Positions 1-8,719 of a stretch of 64,000 nucleotides of DNA are shown here, piece after piece. The stretch spans positions 5,088,001 through 5,152,000 of the forward strand of contig OZ223236.1 of NCBI GenBank assembly GCA_965140445.1. The letters are read 5' to 3'. Within the stretch, counting starts at the first letter, position 1, and the number at the start of each line of letters is the position of its first letter. The DNA is from Candidatus Ozemobacteraceae bacterium. GTDB taxonomy: Bacteria > Muiribacteriota > Ozemobacteria > Ozemobacterales > Ozemobacteraceae. A program made the translations under genes and the position numbers. The notes under the pieces are model-generated. The model was not told the origin of the DNA, did not search any database, and saw only the letters and a program-made list of their open reading frames with translations.

Positions 1-1
1 C

Positions 2-658
2 CTGTCTCCATTCATAGAGTCTGGCAAAATTCAGGTTTATTGCATTGATAGTATCGACCACGAAAGCTGGTTCGCAAAGATCAGTCCCGCCGACAAAGCC
101 AGAAGAGCAAACGATTATGACTGGTGCGTAGCAAATGAAGTAGTTCCACACATTCTCGCTGATGGGCACGAAGGTGCTGGAATAATAGTTCACGGATGCA
201 GCTTTGGCGGCTTTCACACAGCTAACTTCTTTCTTAAACACCCTGAACACTTTGACATAGGTTTATCACTTAGTGGTTGCTACAGCATAGACTTCACAAT
301 CGAAGGCTTTGTAAACGATGACGTATATTTCAACGATCCACTTAAGTATGCTCCAAATCTCACCGACAAGAAAAAGATTGCTCAGCTTCAGGAAAATCTT
401 TTGATTGTTTGCAGTGGTCAAGGCGCATGGGAAGAATGGGTTGGAGAAGCTATGCAGCTTTGCGGAAGCCTTAAGTCAAACAATATCCCGGTTCTTCTTG
501 ATTTATGGGGATATGATGTTGAGCATGATTGGCCATGGTGGAAAAAAATGATTGTATACTTCCTCGGAAAAATGGATAGAGCTGGATTTCTATCTTCAAA
601 CCATAGGCTCAATAAAAAACAATCTGCGGATTTTCTAAAAAAATTCGGCACGATTTAA
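2..658 (+). CDS. Putative esterase, alpha/beta hydrolase (COG4947-like), 5'-truncated by the window edge
   Basis: Frame is open from position 2 (LSPFIESGKIQVYCIDSIDHESW...), with nucleophile elbow GCSFG and C-terminal HDWPWW. The ORF track shows only the last 85 aa. Confidence 0.8.
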   Translation: MSPFIESGKIQVYCIDSIDHESWFAKISPADKARRANDYDWCVANEVVPHILADGHEGAGIIVHGCSFGGFHTANFFLKHPEHFDIGLSLSGCYSIDFTIEGFVNDDVYFNDPLKYAPNLTDKKKIAQLQENLLIVCSGQGAWEEWVGEAMQLCGSLKSNNIPVLLDLWGYDVEHDWPWWKKMIVYFLGKMDRAGFLSSNHRLNKKQSADFLKKFGTI

Positions 659-668
659 TATTAGATCC

Positions 669-710
669 AAAAAGCGGTCAGATTATCAAATCTGGCCGCT
701 TTTCTTTTTT
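669..710 (+). terminator. Intrinsic terminator after the esterase gene
   Basis: AAAAGCGGTCAGAT-tatcaa-ATCTGGCCGCTTTT followed by a T-rich tail. Confidence 0.75.
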
Positions 711-776
711 CTCGGGTCTGTACTTAAAATGCAATTTATGTTAAAAATGTGAAAATCTTCAGGAAGGAAACAGATT

Positions 777-1949
777 ATGAACCGCAAATTAAAGCCAGCA
801 TCAAGAGTTATTGAATTGCCCCCATATTTGTTTAAAGAAATAGATGACAAAAAAGAAGAACTAAAATCACAAGGCAAAGAACTTCTTAATTTTGGAATAG
901 GCGATCCAGATCTTCCGACGCCTGATTTTGCAGTAAAAGCGCTAAGTGAATCTTCAGCACTTAATGAAAACCAAAAATATCCGGCTTATAATGGTTCAAA
1001 AGCATTCAGAAAAGCCGTAGCGGAATACATGCTTGAGCGTTTTGACGTAAAGGTTTGCCCAGATTCCGAGATAACTTCTCTAATAGGATCAAAAGAAGGA
1101 CTGGCTCATTTTTCATGGGCTTTCTTGGAAGCCGGAGACATTGCATTAGTACCTGACCCAGGATATCCCGTCTATGCAACAACAGCAAAATTCTCAGGGG
1201 CAGACGTTTATGAAATGCCACTTCTGGAAGAAAATAACTTTTTCCCTGATTTGGAAAAAATCCCTACAGAGATTGTTGCCAAAGCCAAAGCTATTTTCAT
1301 CAACTATCCAAACAATCCTAGTGGAGCAATTGCAACAAAAGAACAAATGCAAAAACTGATTGATTGGGCGGTAAAACACCAGATCATAGTAGTTTCAGAT
1401 GCTGCATACGCTGAAATGGTTTTTGATAAAAAAGATAGGTACAGCCTTCTCTCAATCCCGGGGGCAGAGAAGGTTGTTCTTGAGTTCCACTCATTCAGTA
1501 AAACATTTAACATGACTGGATGGAGATTAGGATTTGCAGTTGGAAATAAAGATCTGATCCAGGGACTGGTGAAAATTAAAACAAACGTAGATTCCGGAGT
1601 TTTTGATGCGGTTCAGATAGCCGGAATAAAAGCACTTAAAATGCTTCCACCATTTGTTGACGAGTTAATAGCTGAATATAAAAAACGTAGAGATTGCTTA
1701 ATTCAGGTGCTAAAAAAAGTTGGAATGAGTTATTTTACACCCGCAGGAACCTTCTATGTTTTAGCCAGGTGTCCAGATGGGTACACGTCAAAAGAATACA
1801 CAATAAAATTGATGGATGAATGCGGAGTAGTTACAACCCCAGGTTCTGGTTTTGGAAAATCCGGCGAAGGATATGTTCGATTTGCCTTAACCCAACCAGT
1901 AGAAGTAATTGAAAAGTTATTCGCCAAACTCTCAAACCTGGAAAAATAG
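777..1949 (+). CDS. dapL: PLP-dependent class I/II aminotransferase, LL-diaminopimelate aminotransferase-like
   Basis: Motifs LPPYLF, GIGDPD, NYPNNP, DAAY and SFSKTFNMTGWRLG (PLP lysine). Confidence 0.75.
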   Translation: MNRKLKPASRVIELPPYLFKEIDDKKEELKSQGKELLNFGIGDPDLPTPDFAVKALSESSALNENQKYPAYNGSKAFRKAVAEYMLERFDVKVCPDSEITSLIGSKEGLAHFSWAFLEAGDIALVPDPGYPVYATTAKFSGADVYEMPLLEENNFFPDLEKIPTEIVAKAKAIFINYPNNPSGAIATKEQMQKLIDWAVKHQIIVVSDAAYAEMVFDKKDRYSLLSIPGAEKVVLEFHSFSKTFNMTGWRLGFAVGNKDLIQGLVKIKTNVDSGVFDAVQIAGIKALKMLPPFVDELIAEYKKRRDCLIQVLKKVGMSYFTPAGTFYVLARCPDGYTSKEYTIKLMDECGVVTTPGSGFGKSGEGYVRFALTQPVEVIEKLFAKLSNLEK

Positions 1950-1970
1950 ATCTAAGATAGAAACCATGGA

Positions 1971-2004
1971 AAAAGCGGTCAGACTTGTTTGTCTGACCGC
2001 TTTT
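1971..2004 (+). terminator. Intrinsic terminator after the aminotransferase gene
   Basis: Perfect 14-bp stem AAAAGCGGTCAGAC/GTCTGACCGCTTTT. Confidence 0.8.
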
Positions 2005-2070
2005 ATATACTGGACTTTACTACTTACAGAATATACAATTAAATAAATTCAACTTCGGAATGCTAATTAA

Positions 2071-2685
2071 ATGCCAGTCAGTCTAACCTGTCCTTCTTGT
2101 GGAAATATTATAAATCAAATGACCAGATCTCCTCAGCTGGTAGTTTGTCCTGCTTGCAACACTACAAGCTTTCTGCAAAACGGGAGAATGGAAGATGCTG
2201 GAAAAGCCGCCGTTTTAACTGATGAGCCTAGTATTTTTCAGCTTCACCACAGCTATAAATTTGGTGATTGGAAATTTACCCCGGTAGGACGACTTAGATA
2301 TGCTTACGGCGATGATGAAGGCATCTGGGACGAATGGTTCGTTCGTAGCGACAACGGCAAGGAAACATGGATTTCGGTAGATGAAGGAGAAATCGCCATA
2401 GAAAGTCTTGTAGCGAACAACCTGAATCTTCCATCCTTTAATGAGATTCAGGTTGGTGGAGTTCTTCTGGTGAACAGACAACGACTGACAGTAATAGAAA
2501 AAAACACATGTATTTGCCTGGGCGCAACAGGACAAATTCCTTTTATTATCCACCCCAATGAAACTTACCAGTATATTGACCTGCTTGGCCCCAAAAGACT
2601 TTCTTTCAGCCTAGAGTTTAAAGCTGGAAGTGTTGATGTGTACAAAGGCATCTGGATAGATCCCTTCGAGATAAAAGAGGTCTGA
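2071..2685 (+). CDS. DUF4178-type protein with N-terminal zinc ribbon
   Basis: CPSC...CPAC, GRLRY and WDEW motifs; operon context with DUF350 and speE. Confidence 0.7.
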   Translation: MPVSLTCPSCGNIINQMTRSPQLVVCPACNTTSFLQNGRMEDAGKAAVLTDEPSIFQLHHSYKFGDWKFTPVGRLRYAYGDDEGIWDEWFVRSDNGKETWISVDEGEIAIESLVANNLNLPSFNEIQVGGVLLVNRQRLTVIEKNTCICLGATGQIPFIIHPNETYQYIDLLGPKRLSFSLEFKAGSVDVYKGIWIDPFEIKEV

Positions 2686-3965
2686 TGAATCCTGCAAAAC
2701 CAAAACTTAGAGCTATAAAATGCACCCAATGTGGCGGAGCAATTGAACTCAATGGCGGAAGAAAAATTCTGTCAATTGTTTGCCAATATTGTGGAACTTG
2801 CCTGGATGCCAAAAAAGAATTTGCGCCGCTTTATCAATTCGCAAACCAAAAGAAGCCGTATATGCCGATTAAGATAGGAAAAACCGGCAAACTTAAAGGC
2901 GTGCAATTCGTTGCAATAGGCGTGATTCAATACGAACAATATGATGACGGAGAAATGTATAGATGGCTGGAGTATCTCATGTTCTCCGGGACTCACGGTT
3001 ATGCGTGGTTATGCTTTGAGGATGGCCATTGGGTATTAATGCATGAAGTAAAAGACATCCCAGATGATCCAATAGAATTTTCTCTGCCAAGAAAAACCAG
3101 CTTCAAGGTTCGGGATAAAACATTTAAATCTTTTGAATCTGGAAGCGCGCAAATTGCTTTTGTGGAAGGTGAAATGACATGGCAGGCCAGGCAAAAGGAA
3201 AAAATCATCTTCATGGATGCTGTTTGTCCTCCCTACATTTATTCAATGGAAAAAAGAGGATCTGAAATAGAATTTTTCTGGGGGGAGTATATCCCACACA
3301 CAGAAATAGCTGAAAGCTTTAAAATTGAAGTTTATGAGCCAACCGGTGTTTTCAGCTGTCAGCCCTTTGGTGCACCTCCAATCCTTAAATCCATTTCTTA
3401 CGGGGCAATCATTGCTGCCGTTATAACTATTTTTGCTTACTTTGCAATATCAACTGATGGCAAGAATATCTTTTCACATCGCTTTTCAAAAAATGTCTTC
3501 AAAGATGGCGAAGAGTCTAAAGTATTTAAAATAAACAACCCGGATGTTCTATGCGGAGTAACAGTCAATGCAAGAATGAACAACGCCTGGGCCGCATATG
3601 ACCTTACTGTTTTAGATAAAAATGGCGAAAACACATATTTTTCTTTGCCTGCTGAAGTTTCATATTATGAAGGAGTTGAAGACGGCGAGAGATGGTCAGA
3701 GGACTACACAACGACAACCGCTTACTTTAAACTTCCAGAAAAGGGTGAATACAAAATTTCCATGGAAGGCGAAGGTGGTTATAATGAGTCTACCAGCCCT
3801 GGATTTTCAGTTTCCACTGACGTCAGTATTGCCGAGAAAGTCAGGCTGGGACATTACACTCTCGCATGGTTCGCTCTTTGTCTGGTTATTGCATTACCTT
3901 ATCAAATCTGGAGCTGGAGTTTCGAGAACAAACGTTGGAATGACGGCGAGGAGGATGACGACTAA
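2685..3965 (+). CDS. Membrane-anchored DUF4178-type protein with N-terminal zinc ribbon
   Basis: CTQC...CQYC, WLEY, VEGE motifs, two TM segments and an acidic tail; start overlaps the upstream stop (TGATG). Confidence 0.7.
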   Translation: MNPAKPKLRAIKCTQCGGAIELNGGRKILSIVCQYCGTCLDAKKEFAPLYQFANQKKPYMPIKIGKTGKLKGVQFVAIGVIQYEQYDDGEMYRWLEYLMFSGTHGYAWLCFEDGHWVLMHEVKDIPDDPIEFSLPRKTSFKVRDKTFKSFESGSAQIAFVEGEMTWQARQKEKIIFMDAVCPPYIYSMEKRGSEIEFFWGEYIPHTEIAESFKIEVYEPTGVFSCQPFGAPPILKSISYGAIIAAVITIFAYFAISTDGKNIFSHRFSKNVFKDGEESKVFKINNPDVLCGVTVNARMNNAWAAYDLTVLDKNGENTYFSLPAEVSYYEGVEDGERWSEDYTTTTAYFKLPEKGEYKISMEGEGGYNESTSPGFSVSTDVSIAEKVRLGHYTLAWFALCLVIALPYQIWSWSFENKRWNDGEEDDD

Positions 3966-4150
3966 TGAATAAACTTAGCCTGGTTTTTGCCTGCATCTTT
4001 TGTGCAATTACCGCCTGGGCCGTGGGAATGGATTACGCCTTTCCTCAAGGTTTTAATTCCACCCCACAGGTAAAGAAAATTAAAAATGTTAGAGATGGCA
4101 GCGTCTATGTCTCCGGTCGGAGACATACTGGTTTTATGCATGGTAAGTAA
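3965..4150 (+). CDS. Small exported or membrane-anchored peptide with C-terminal ...HGK tail
   Basis: Hydrophobic N-terminus; coupled to the upstream gene (TAATG) with GAGGA upstream. Confidence 0.65.
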   Translation: MNKLSLVFACIFCAITAWAVGMDYAFPQGFNSTPQVKKIKNVRDGSVYVSGRRHTGFMHGK

Positions 4151-4191
4151 AGTTATCATGCAAATAAGAAAATAATTTACTGGAGTTTTTT

Positions 4192-4416
4192 ATGGAAGGC
4201 AAAATAGCCGAATTAGCACTTCAACCTATTCTATCAACCATCGTATATTCTGTTATTGGACTTGTTATTTATATTATCGCCTTTTGGCTTATCTGCAAGA
4301 TTTCACCTTTCTCAGTTAGAAAAGAAATTGAAATCGATCAAAATACATCTTTGGGTATAATTATTGGTTCAGTAATGATAGGTCTATCAATTATAATTGC
4401 AGCTGCTATTCACTAA
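4192..4416 (+). CDS. DUF350 (YjfL-like) small membrane protein
   Basis: Two TM helices with the KEI..DQN.SLGI...IIAAAI signature; GGAG RBS. Confidence 0.85.
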   Translation: MEGKIAELALQPILSTIVYSVIGLVIYIIAFWLICKISPFSVRKEIEIDQNTSLGIIIGSVMIGLSIIIAAAIH

Positions 4417-4452
4417 TAAAAATTAAACGATACACCCTATGGCTGAGAACAT

Positions 4453-6036
4453 TTGTTCTCAGCCTTTCATAATTCCACTAAGAGGTGCCCTTTGCAGATA
4501 TTCTTGTTATTCTCCATCTTTTTGATAGCAGTATGTGGAATCGTTTACGAATTGCTGGCAGGAACTATTTCCAGTTATCTTATCGGGGATTCTGTATATC
4601 AATTTTCTCTGGTAATAGGGCTATTCATGAGCTCAATGGGACTTGGGTCTTTTCTATCCCGCTTCATTGAAAAAAAACTTGCAGACTGGTTCATCTTAAT
4701 CGAAATCTTAACGGGAGTTGTTGGCGGATTAAGCCCAATAATACTCTTCATTGCATTTGCACAGCTGGATAACTACACACCTTTTCTTTTCATTATTTCT
4801 ATATCTGTTGGAACCTTCATCGGTCTTGAAATACCAATCATTCTAAGAATCCTTAAAGAACACACCACCTTAAAGTTGCTGGTTTCCAATGTAATGACCG
4901 CAGATTATATAGGAGCACTTTTTGCCTCTCTACTTTTCCCTTTGGTTCTAGTCCCTTATCTTGGTTTGGTTAAAACAGGACTTTTCTTTGGACTAATGAA
5001 TGTTGGCGTTGCAGGAGGTGCTATTTATGTATTCAGAGACAAACTTGCAAGCGCAAAGTCACTGAAATTTGCATTTGCAAGTGCCGTAATTATGCTGATT
5101 ACATGCTTTTTCCTATCAAATAGAATAACCTCTATGGCCGAAGATTCTCTTTATAAAGGAGAAATTCTTTATGCGGCCAACTCTCCTTACCAGAGAGTAG
5201 TAGTAACAAGAAGCAAAAATGACTTCAGAATGTTCATCAATGGAAGTATTCAATTTAGCTCTCAGGATGAATACAGATACCACGAATCTCTTGTACATCC
5301 TGCAATGGCGGCAACACCCAATCGAAATTCAGTATTAGTAATTGGCGGAGGTGACGGACTTGCTGCTCGCGAAATTCTTAAATACGATGACGTGGAAAAA
5401 CTTACTGTTATAGATATTGATCCAGCTATAACCAATTTTGCGCGAAACAATTCTTTAATGAGAAAATTGAATAATGATTCTTTTAGAAACCCAAAAGTGA
5501 CGATAATCAATGCTGACGCGTGGAAAAAGCTTGAAGAGATTCAGGATTTTTTCGATGTAATTATTATTGATCTTCCCGATCCCGACGATCTTACCCTTAG
5601 TCGCCTTTATTCGAGAACATTTTATAGACTAATCGCCAATAAACTTTCCCGACATGGGATAATAGTCACTCAAGCGACTTCACCACTGTATTCCCATAAA
5701 GCTTTCTGGTGCATTTTTAATACGCTTAAAAGCATAGAAAATCCTTTCGAAATAGATATCCCAGGCACATCTGAAAGTAAAAAGCTACATGCGGCTGCAT
5801 ACCATGCCTATATTCCTTCCTTTGGAGAATGGGGATTTGTAATGGCCTCACCCATGCCAATACTCTGGAATAAACTGAGAATATCCGTATCAACCAAATT
5901 CCTTTCCAATGATTTTCTACCTTCAATGACCAATTTTCCAGAAGACATTGGTCATGTAGATACTTTGCTCAATACTATCAATACCCACTCAGTTAAGGTA
6001 TATTACGAAGAAGGCTGGGATTCATGGACTCTTTAA
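4453..6036 (+). CDS. speE: Polyamine aminopropyltransferase (spermidine synthase) with N-terminal multi-TM domain; TTG at 4492 after GAGGT may be the real start
   Basis: VYEL N-terminal membrane domain, SPYQ, DEYRYHE, IGGGDG, DLPDP and PSFGEWGF. Confidence 0.9.
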   Translation: MFSAFHNSTKRCPLQIFLLFSIFLIAVCGIVYELLAGTISSYLIGDSVYQFSLVIGLFMSSMGLGSFLSRFIEKKLADWFILIEILTGVVGGLSPIILFIAFAQLDNYTPFLFIISISVGTFIGLEIPIILRILKEHTTLKLLVSNVMTADYIGALFASLLFPLVLVPYLGLVKTGLFFGLMNVGVAGGAIYVFRDKLASAKSLKFAFASAVIMLITCFFLSNRITSMAEDSLYKGEILYAANSPYQRVVVTRSKNDFRMFINGSIQFSSQDEYRYHESLVHPAMAATPNRNSVLVIGGGDGLAAREILKYDDVEKLTVIDIDPAITNFARNNSLMRKLNNDSFRNPKVTIINADAWKKLEEIQDFFDVIIIDLPDPDDLTLSRLYSRTFYRLIANKLSRHGIIVTQATSPLYSHKAFWCIFNTLKSIENPFEIDIPGTSESKKLHAAAYHAYIPSFGEWGFVMASPMPILWNKLRISVSTKFLSNDFLPSMTNFPEDIGHVDTLLNTINTHSVKVYYEEGWDSWTL

Positions 6037-6404
6037 GGCAAAACACACCAAACTCGATTCACATCATTGCAGACTTTTCAGGATGCAATACCAAATACCT
6101 TTCATCAAGTACAGAAGGGCAAAAAATTCTCGAAGCGACTATTCAAGATTCAGGTTTGAGCTGCATCGCAATCCGAGCACACCAATTCATCCCCGATGGA
6201 TATACTGCAGCAGCACTTTTAGTTGAGTCACATATCAGCCTGCACACCTGGCCAGAGTTTAAATCGGTACAAATAGATATATTTACATGTGGTGATCACC
6301 AGAAGGCTGAAAAAGCCTATGAGAGTCTCAAAAATAGTTTCTCGCCAACTGAAATTTCGGAAAAAATTCTTTACCGAAACCTTAAGGAAATTAAAGAAAA
6401 ATAG
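6024..6404 (+). CDS. speD: S-adenosylmethionine decarboxylase proenzyme (class 1B)
   Basis: Pyruvoyl cleavage motif LVESHISLHTWPE and DIFTCG; overlaps the end of speE. Confidence 0.9.
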   Translation: MDSLRQNTPNSIHIIADFSGCNTKYLSSSTEGQKILEATIQDSGLSCIAIRAHQFIPDGYTAAALLVESHISLHTWPEFKSVQIDIFTCGDHQKAEKAYESLKNSFSPTEISEKILYRNLKEIKEK

Positions 6405-6428
6405 GGCCCCGCTAACGCGGAGCCCTTT
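6403..6428. terminator. GC-rich hairpin between convergent speD and hflC
   Basis: AGGGCcCCGC-taac-GCGGaGCCCT. Confidence 0.55.
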
Positions 6429-6468
6429 GGTTGAAAGATTACCAAAACAGGTTATTTAGCTTCCTTAA

Positions 6469-7377
6469 CTATTTTGAAGGACTTTTTAAATACCTGTAGA
6501 AGTCAGACTCTGTGGAAATAACTAATTTGCTGTTCGATTTTATTGTTTTATCCATGGCTTCAAGTGTACGATAAAACGAGTAGAATTCTGGGTCTGAGCC
6601 ATACGCATCGGCATAAATTCTTGCAGCTTCAGCATCTGCTTGCCCCTTGATTTCTTCAGCCTTTCTATAAGCTTCAGATTCAATTCTTTTTAGCTCTTTA
6701 CCCATTTCACCAAGAATTTCAGCCCTGATACCTTCGCCTTCTGATCTATATTCAGCCGCTACTTTGTTTCTTTCAGAAACCATTCTTTCATATACTCTTT
6801 CCCTTACTTTTTCTACGTAGTTTAAGCGCTTAATTAAAACGTCTACAAGCTTAATACCGTATTCAAGAGTATTAACGCTGGCCTTGGCAAGAATATTAGC
6901 AAGTATTTCATCTCTATTTCGTCTTGTATCACCGGCTTCAGCTCTCACATCATCATCGCCCTTGTAAGTGCTTCCTCGAACAAGATCCACCAGATAGTTA
7001 CCGGAAACCGCATCTCTGACAACTGAGTCAATAATATCATCCAAACGACTTTGTGCCCCTGAAACAGTTGCAACAGTTGTGTAAAACTTTAAAGGATCAA
7101 CAATCTTCCATCTGGCAGTCACATCTACCCAGATAAATTTTTTCTCTTTGGTCGTAATCTGATTTGGGTCTCCATCCCACTTAAGCATTCGCTTCTCAAA
7201 AGTATGAACCTCTTCAATTAATGGAAGTTTCCAATTTAAACCAGCAAAGCGAACATCTCCAACTGGTTTACCAAACCTGGTTACAATTGCCTGTTGTCCT
7301 TCATAAACAACAAATAAACTGCTATATACAAATACTAAAGTTAATAAAACTATAATTCCAAGAATTGTTTTTTTCAT
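6469..7377 (-). CDS. hflC: FtsH protease modulator HflC (Band 7/SPFH)
   Basis: N-terminal TM, RFGKP, YERMVSER and DPEFYSFYRTLEA. Confidence 0.92.
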   Translation of the reverse strand: MKKTILGIIVLLTLVFVYSSLFVVYEGQQAIVTRFGKPVGDVRFAGLNWKLPLIEEVHTFEKRMLKWDGDPNQITTKEKKFIWVDVTARWKIVDPLKFYTTVATVSGAQSRLDDIIDSVVRDAVSGNYLVDLVRGSTYKGDDDVRAEAGDTRRNRDEILANILAKASVNTLEYGIKLVDVLIKRLNYVEKVRERVYERMVSERNKVAAEYRSEGEGIRAEILGEMGKELKRIESEAYRKAEEIKGQADAEAARIYADAYGSDPEFYSFYRTLEAMDKTIKSNSKLVISTESDFYRYLKSPSK

Positions 7378-8438
7378 TTCTGGGCACCTCCAAGAAGATT
7401 TCCTTTCAGGGCACCGCTGTTTTGATTATCCTGCAAAGGTAAGATTGGCAAAACCGAGGAGCTTTTTCCATCTGGGTCGAGAATATATGTCTCCCGAAGT
7501 CTCGGAAGAACATTTTCTAAGGTTTCCAAATAAAGTCTCCGCCTGGTGACTTCCGGTGATCTCTTGTATTCTGTCAATATTGCCAAGAACTTCTGAACTT
7601 CACCCTTTGAATTATTAACACGCTCCAACGCATAGCCTTCTGCCTCCTGAAGAGTTCTTTTTGCCTCCCCTTTAGCCTTTGGAACCATCTTGTTATACTG
7701 CTCACGAGCTTGAAGAATCATACTTTCTTTTTGCTGCTCTGCTTCATTAACCCCATTAAAAGCCGCTTTTACCTTTTCAGGAGGATTAACGTCCTGGAAT
7801 TTTACGGTAACAATTCTAACTCCCAGCTCATAGCTATCCAATGTTTTCTGAAGTTCCTTTTGAATTTTCACTGCAAGAGTTGATCTCTCGGTTGTAAGAA
7901 CATCTGTAACATTAGAATCGCCAATAATAGTTCTTACAACAGCCTCAGAAATATCTCTAATAGTCGTTACTGGATCATTCACATTAAACAGATACTTTGC
8001 TGGATCAGAAATTTGAAATTGAACAATCCATTCAAGATCACTAACATTTAAATCACCAGTCAAAACCAAAGACTCATCATCAAAACCATCTTTATTGTAA
8101 GAGGTTCTAACTCCAGCACTTTTAGTTCTAAATCCAAATTCCTCTTTAAGAACCCTTCCTGTTTTTACAAGCACAACTCTGTCTACACCAAAAGGAAACT
8201 TAAAATGCAGGCCTGGTTGTGCTAAACCATAAAATTTTCCAAATCTCAAAATAACTGCAGTTTCTTCTGTTCCTACTTTATAAAAAGAACCAAGAGAGCC
8301 ACCCACAATTATCAGGATTATAACAATGCCAACTATAGCTTTCACAAGATTTTCGCCCTCTGGAAGGTTTAACTGTCGCACATTGTTTACAACAGCATCT
8401 TCCACATTCTTATTGGGATTATTATTTCCGAATTCCAT
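7374..8438 (-). CDS. hflK: FtsH protease modulator HflK (start moved to ATG 8438 after GGAG)
   Basis: PGLHFKFP, LTGDLN, DVNPP..VKAAF and PEVTRRRLYLETLE. Confidence 0.92.
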   Translation of the reverse strand: MEFGNNNPNKNVEDAVVNNVRQLNLPEGENLVKAIVGIVIILIIVGGSLGSFYKVGTEETAVILRFGKFYGLAQPGLHFKFPFGVDRVVLVKTGRVLKEEFGFRTKSAGVRTSYNKDGFDDESLVLTGDLNVSDLEWIVQFQISDPAKYLFNVNDPVTTIRDISEAVVRTIIGDSNVTDVLTTERSTLAVKIQKELQKTLDSYELGVRIVTVKFQDVNPPEKVKAAFNGVNEAEQQKESMILQAREQYNKMVPKAKGEAKRTLQEAEGYALERVNNSKGEVQKFLAILTEYKRSPEVTRRRLYLETLENVLPRLRETYILDPDGKSSSVLPILPLQDNQNSGALKGNLLGGAQK

Positions 8439-8539
8439 AAGTTCTCCAAAATTAAAAATATGACTAATCCTTACACATTCGGCTTGCATTTTCAATGCTA
8501 AACTCCTAGGATATAAGTAGAGTAAGATGGAGGATTTAG

Positions 8540-8695
8540 ATGAAACAGTGGGAGAATTACATTTACGGCTTTTCTGGCGCAGCTTTAAGTGCTCTAGGTG
8601 TTTTGTTCGTTATTCTTGGCATCGGAAGCTTGTTTTTATCATTCGCAGCATTTTTCATGGTTTTTAAAAAGAAAACAGGGTTTCGCTTATTCTAA
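8540..8695 (+). CDS. Unannotated 51-aa membrane peptide MKQWENYIYGFSGAALSALGVLFVILGIGSLFLSFAAFFMVFKKKTGFRLF
   Basis: GGAGG RBS 6 nt before ATG 8540; long hydrophobic stretch followed by KKK; below the ORF-track size cut-off. Confidence 0.65.
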   Translation: MKQWENYIYGFSGAALSALGVLFVILGIGSLFLSFAAFFMVFKKKTGFRLF

Positions 8696-8719
8696 ATTTG
8701 CTTACACAAATGGAAACCT

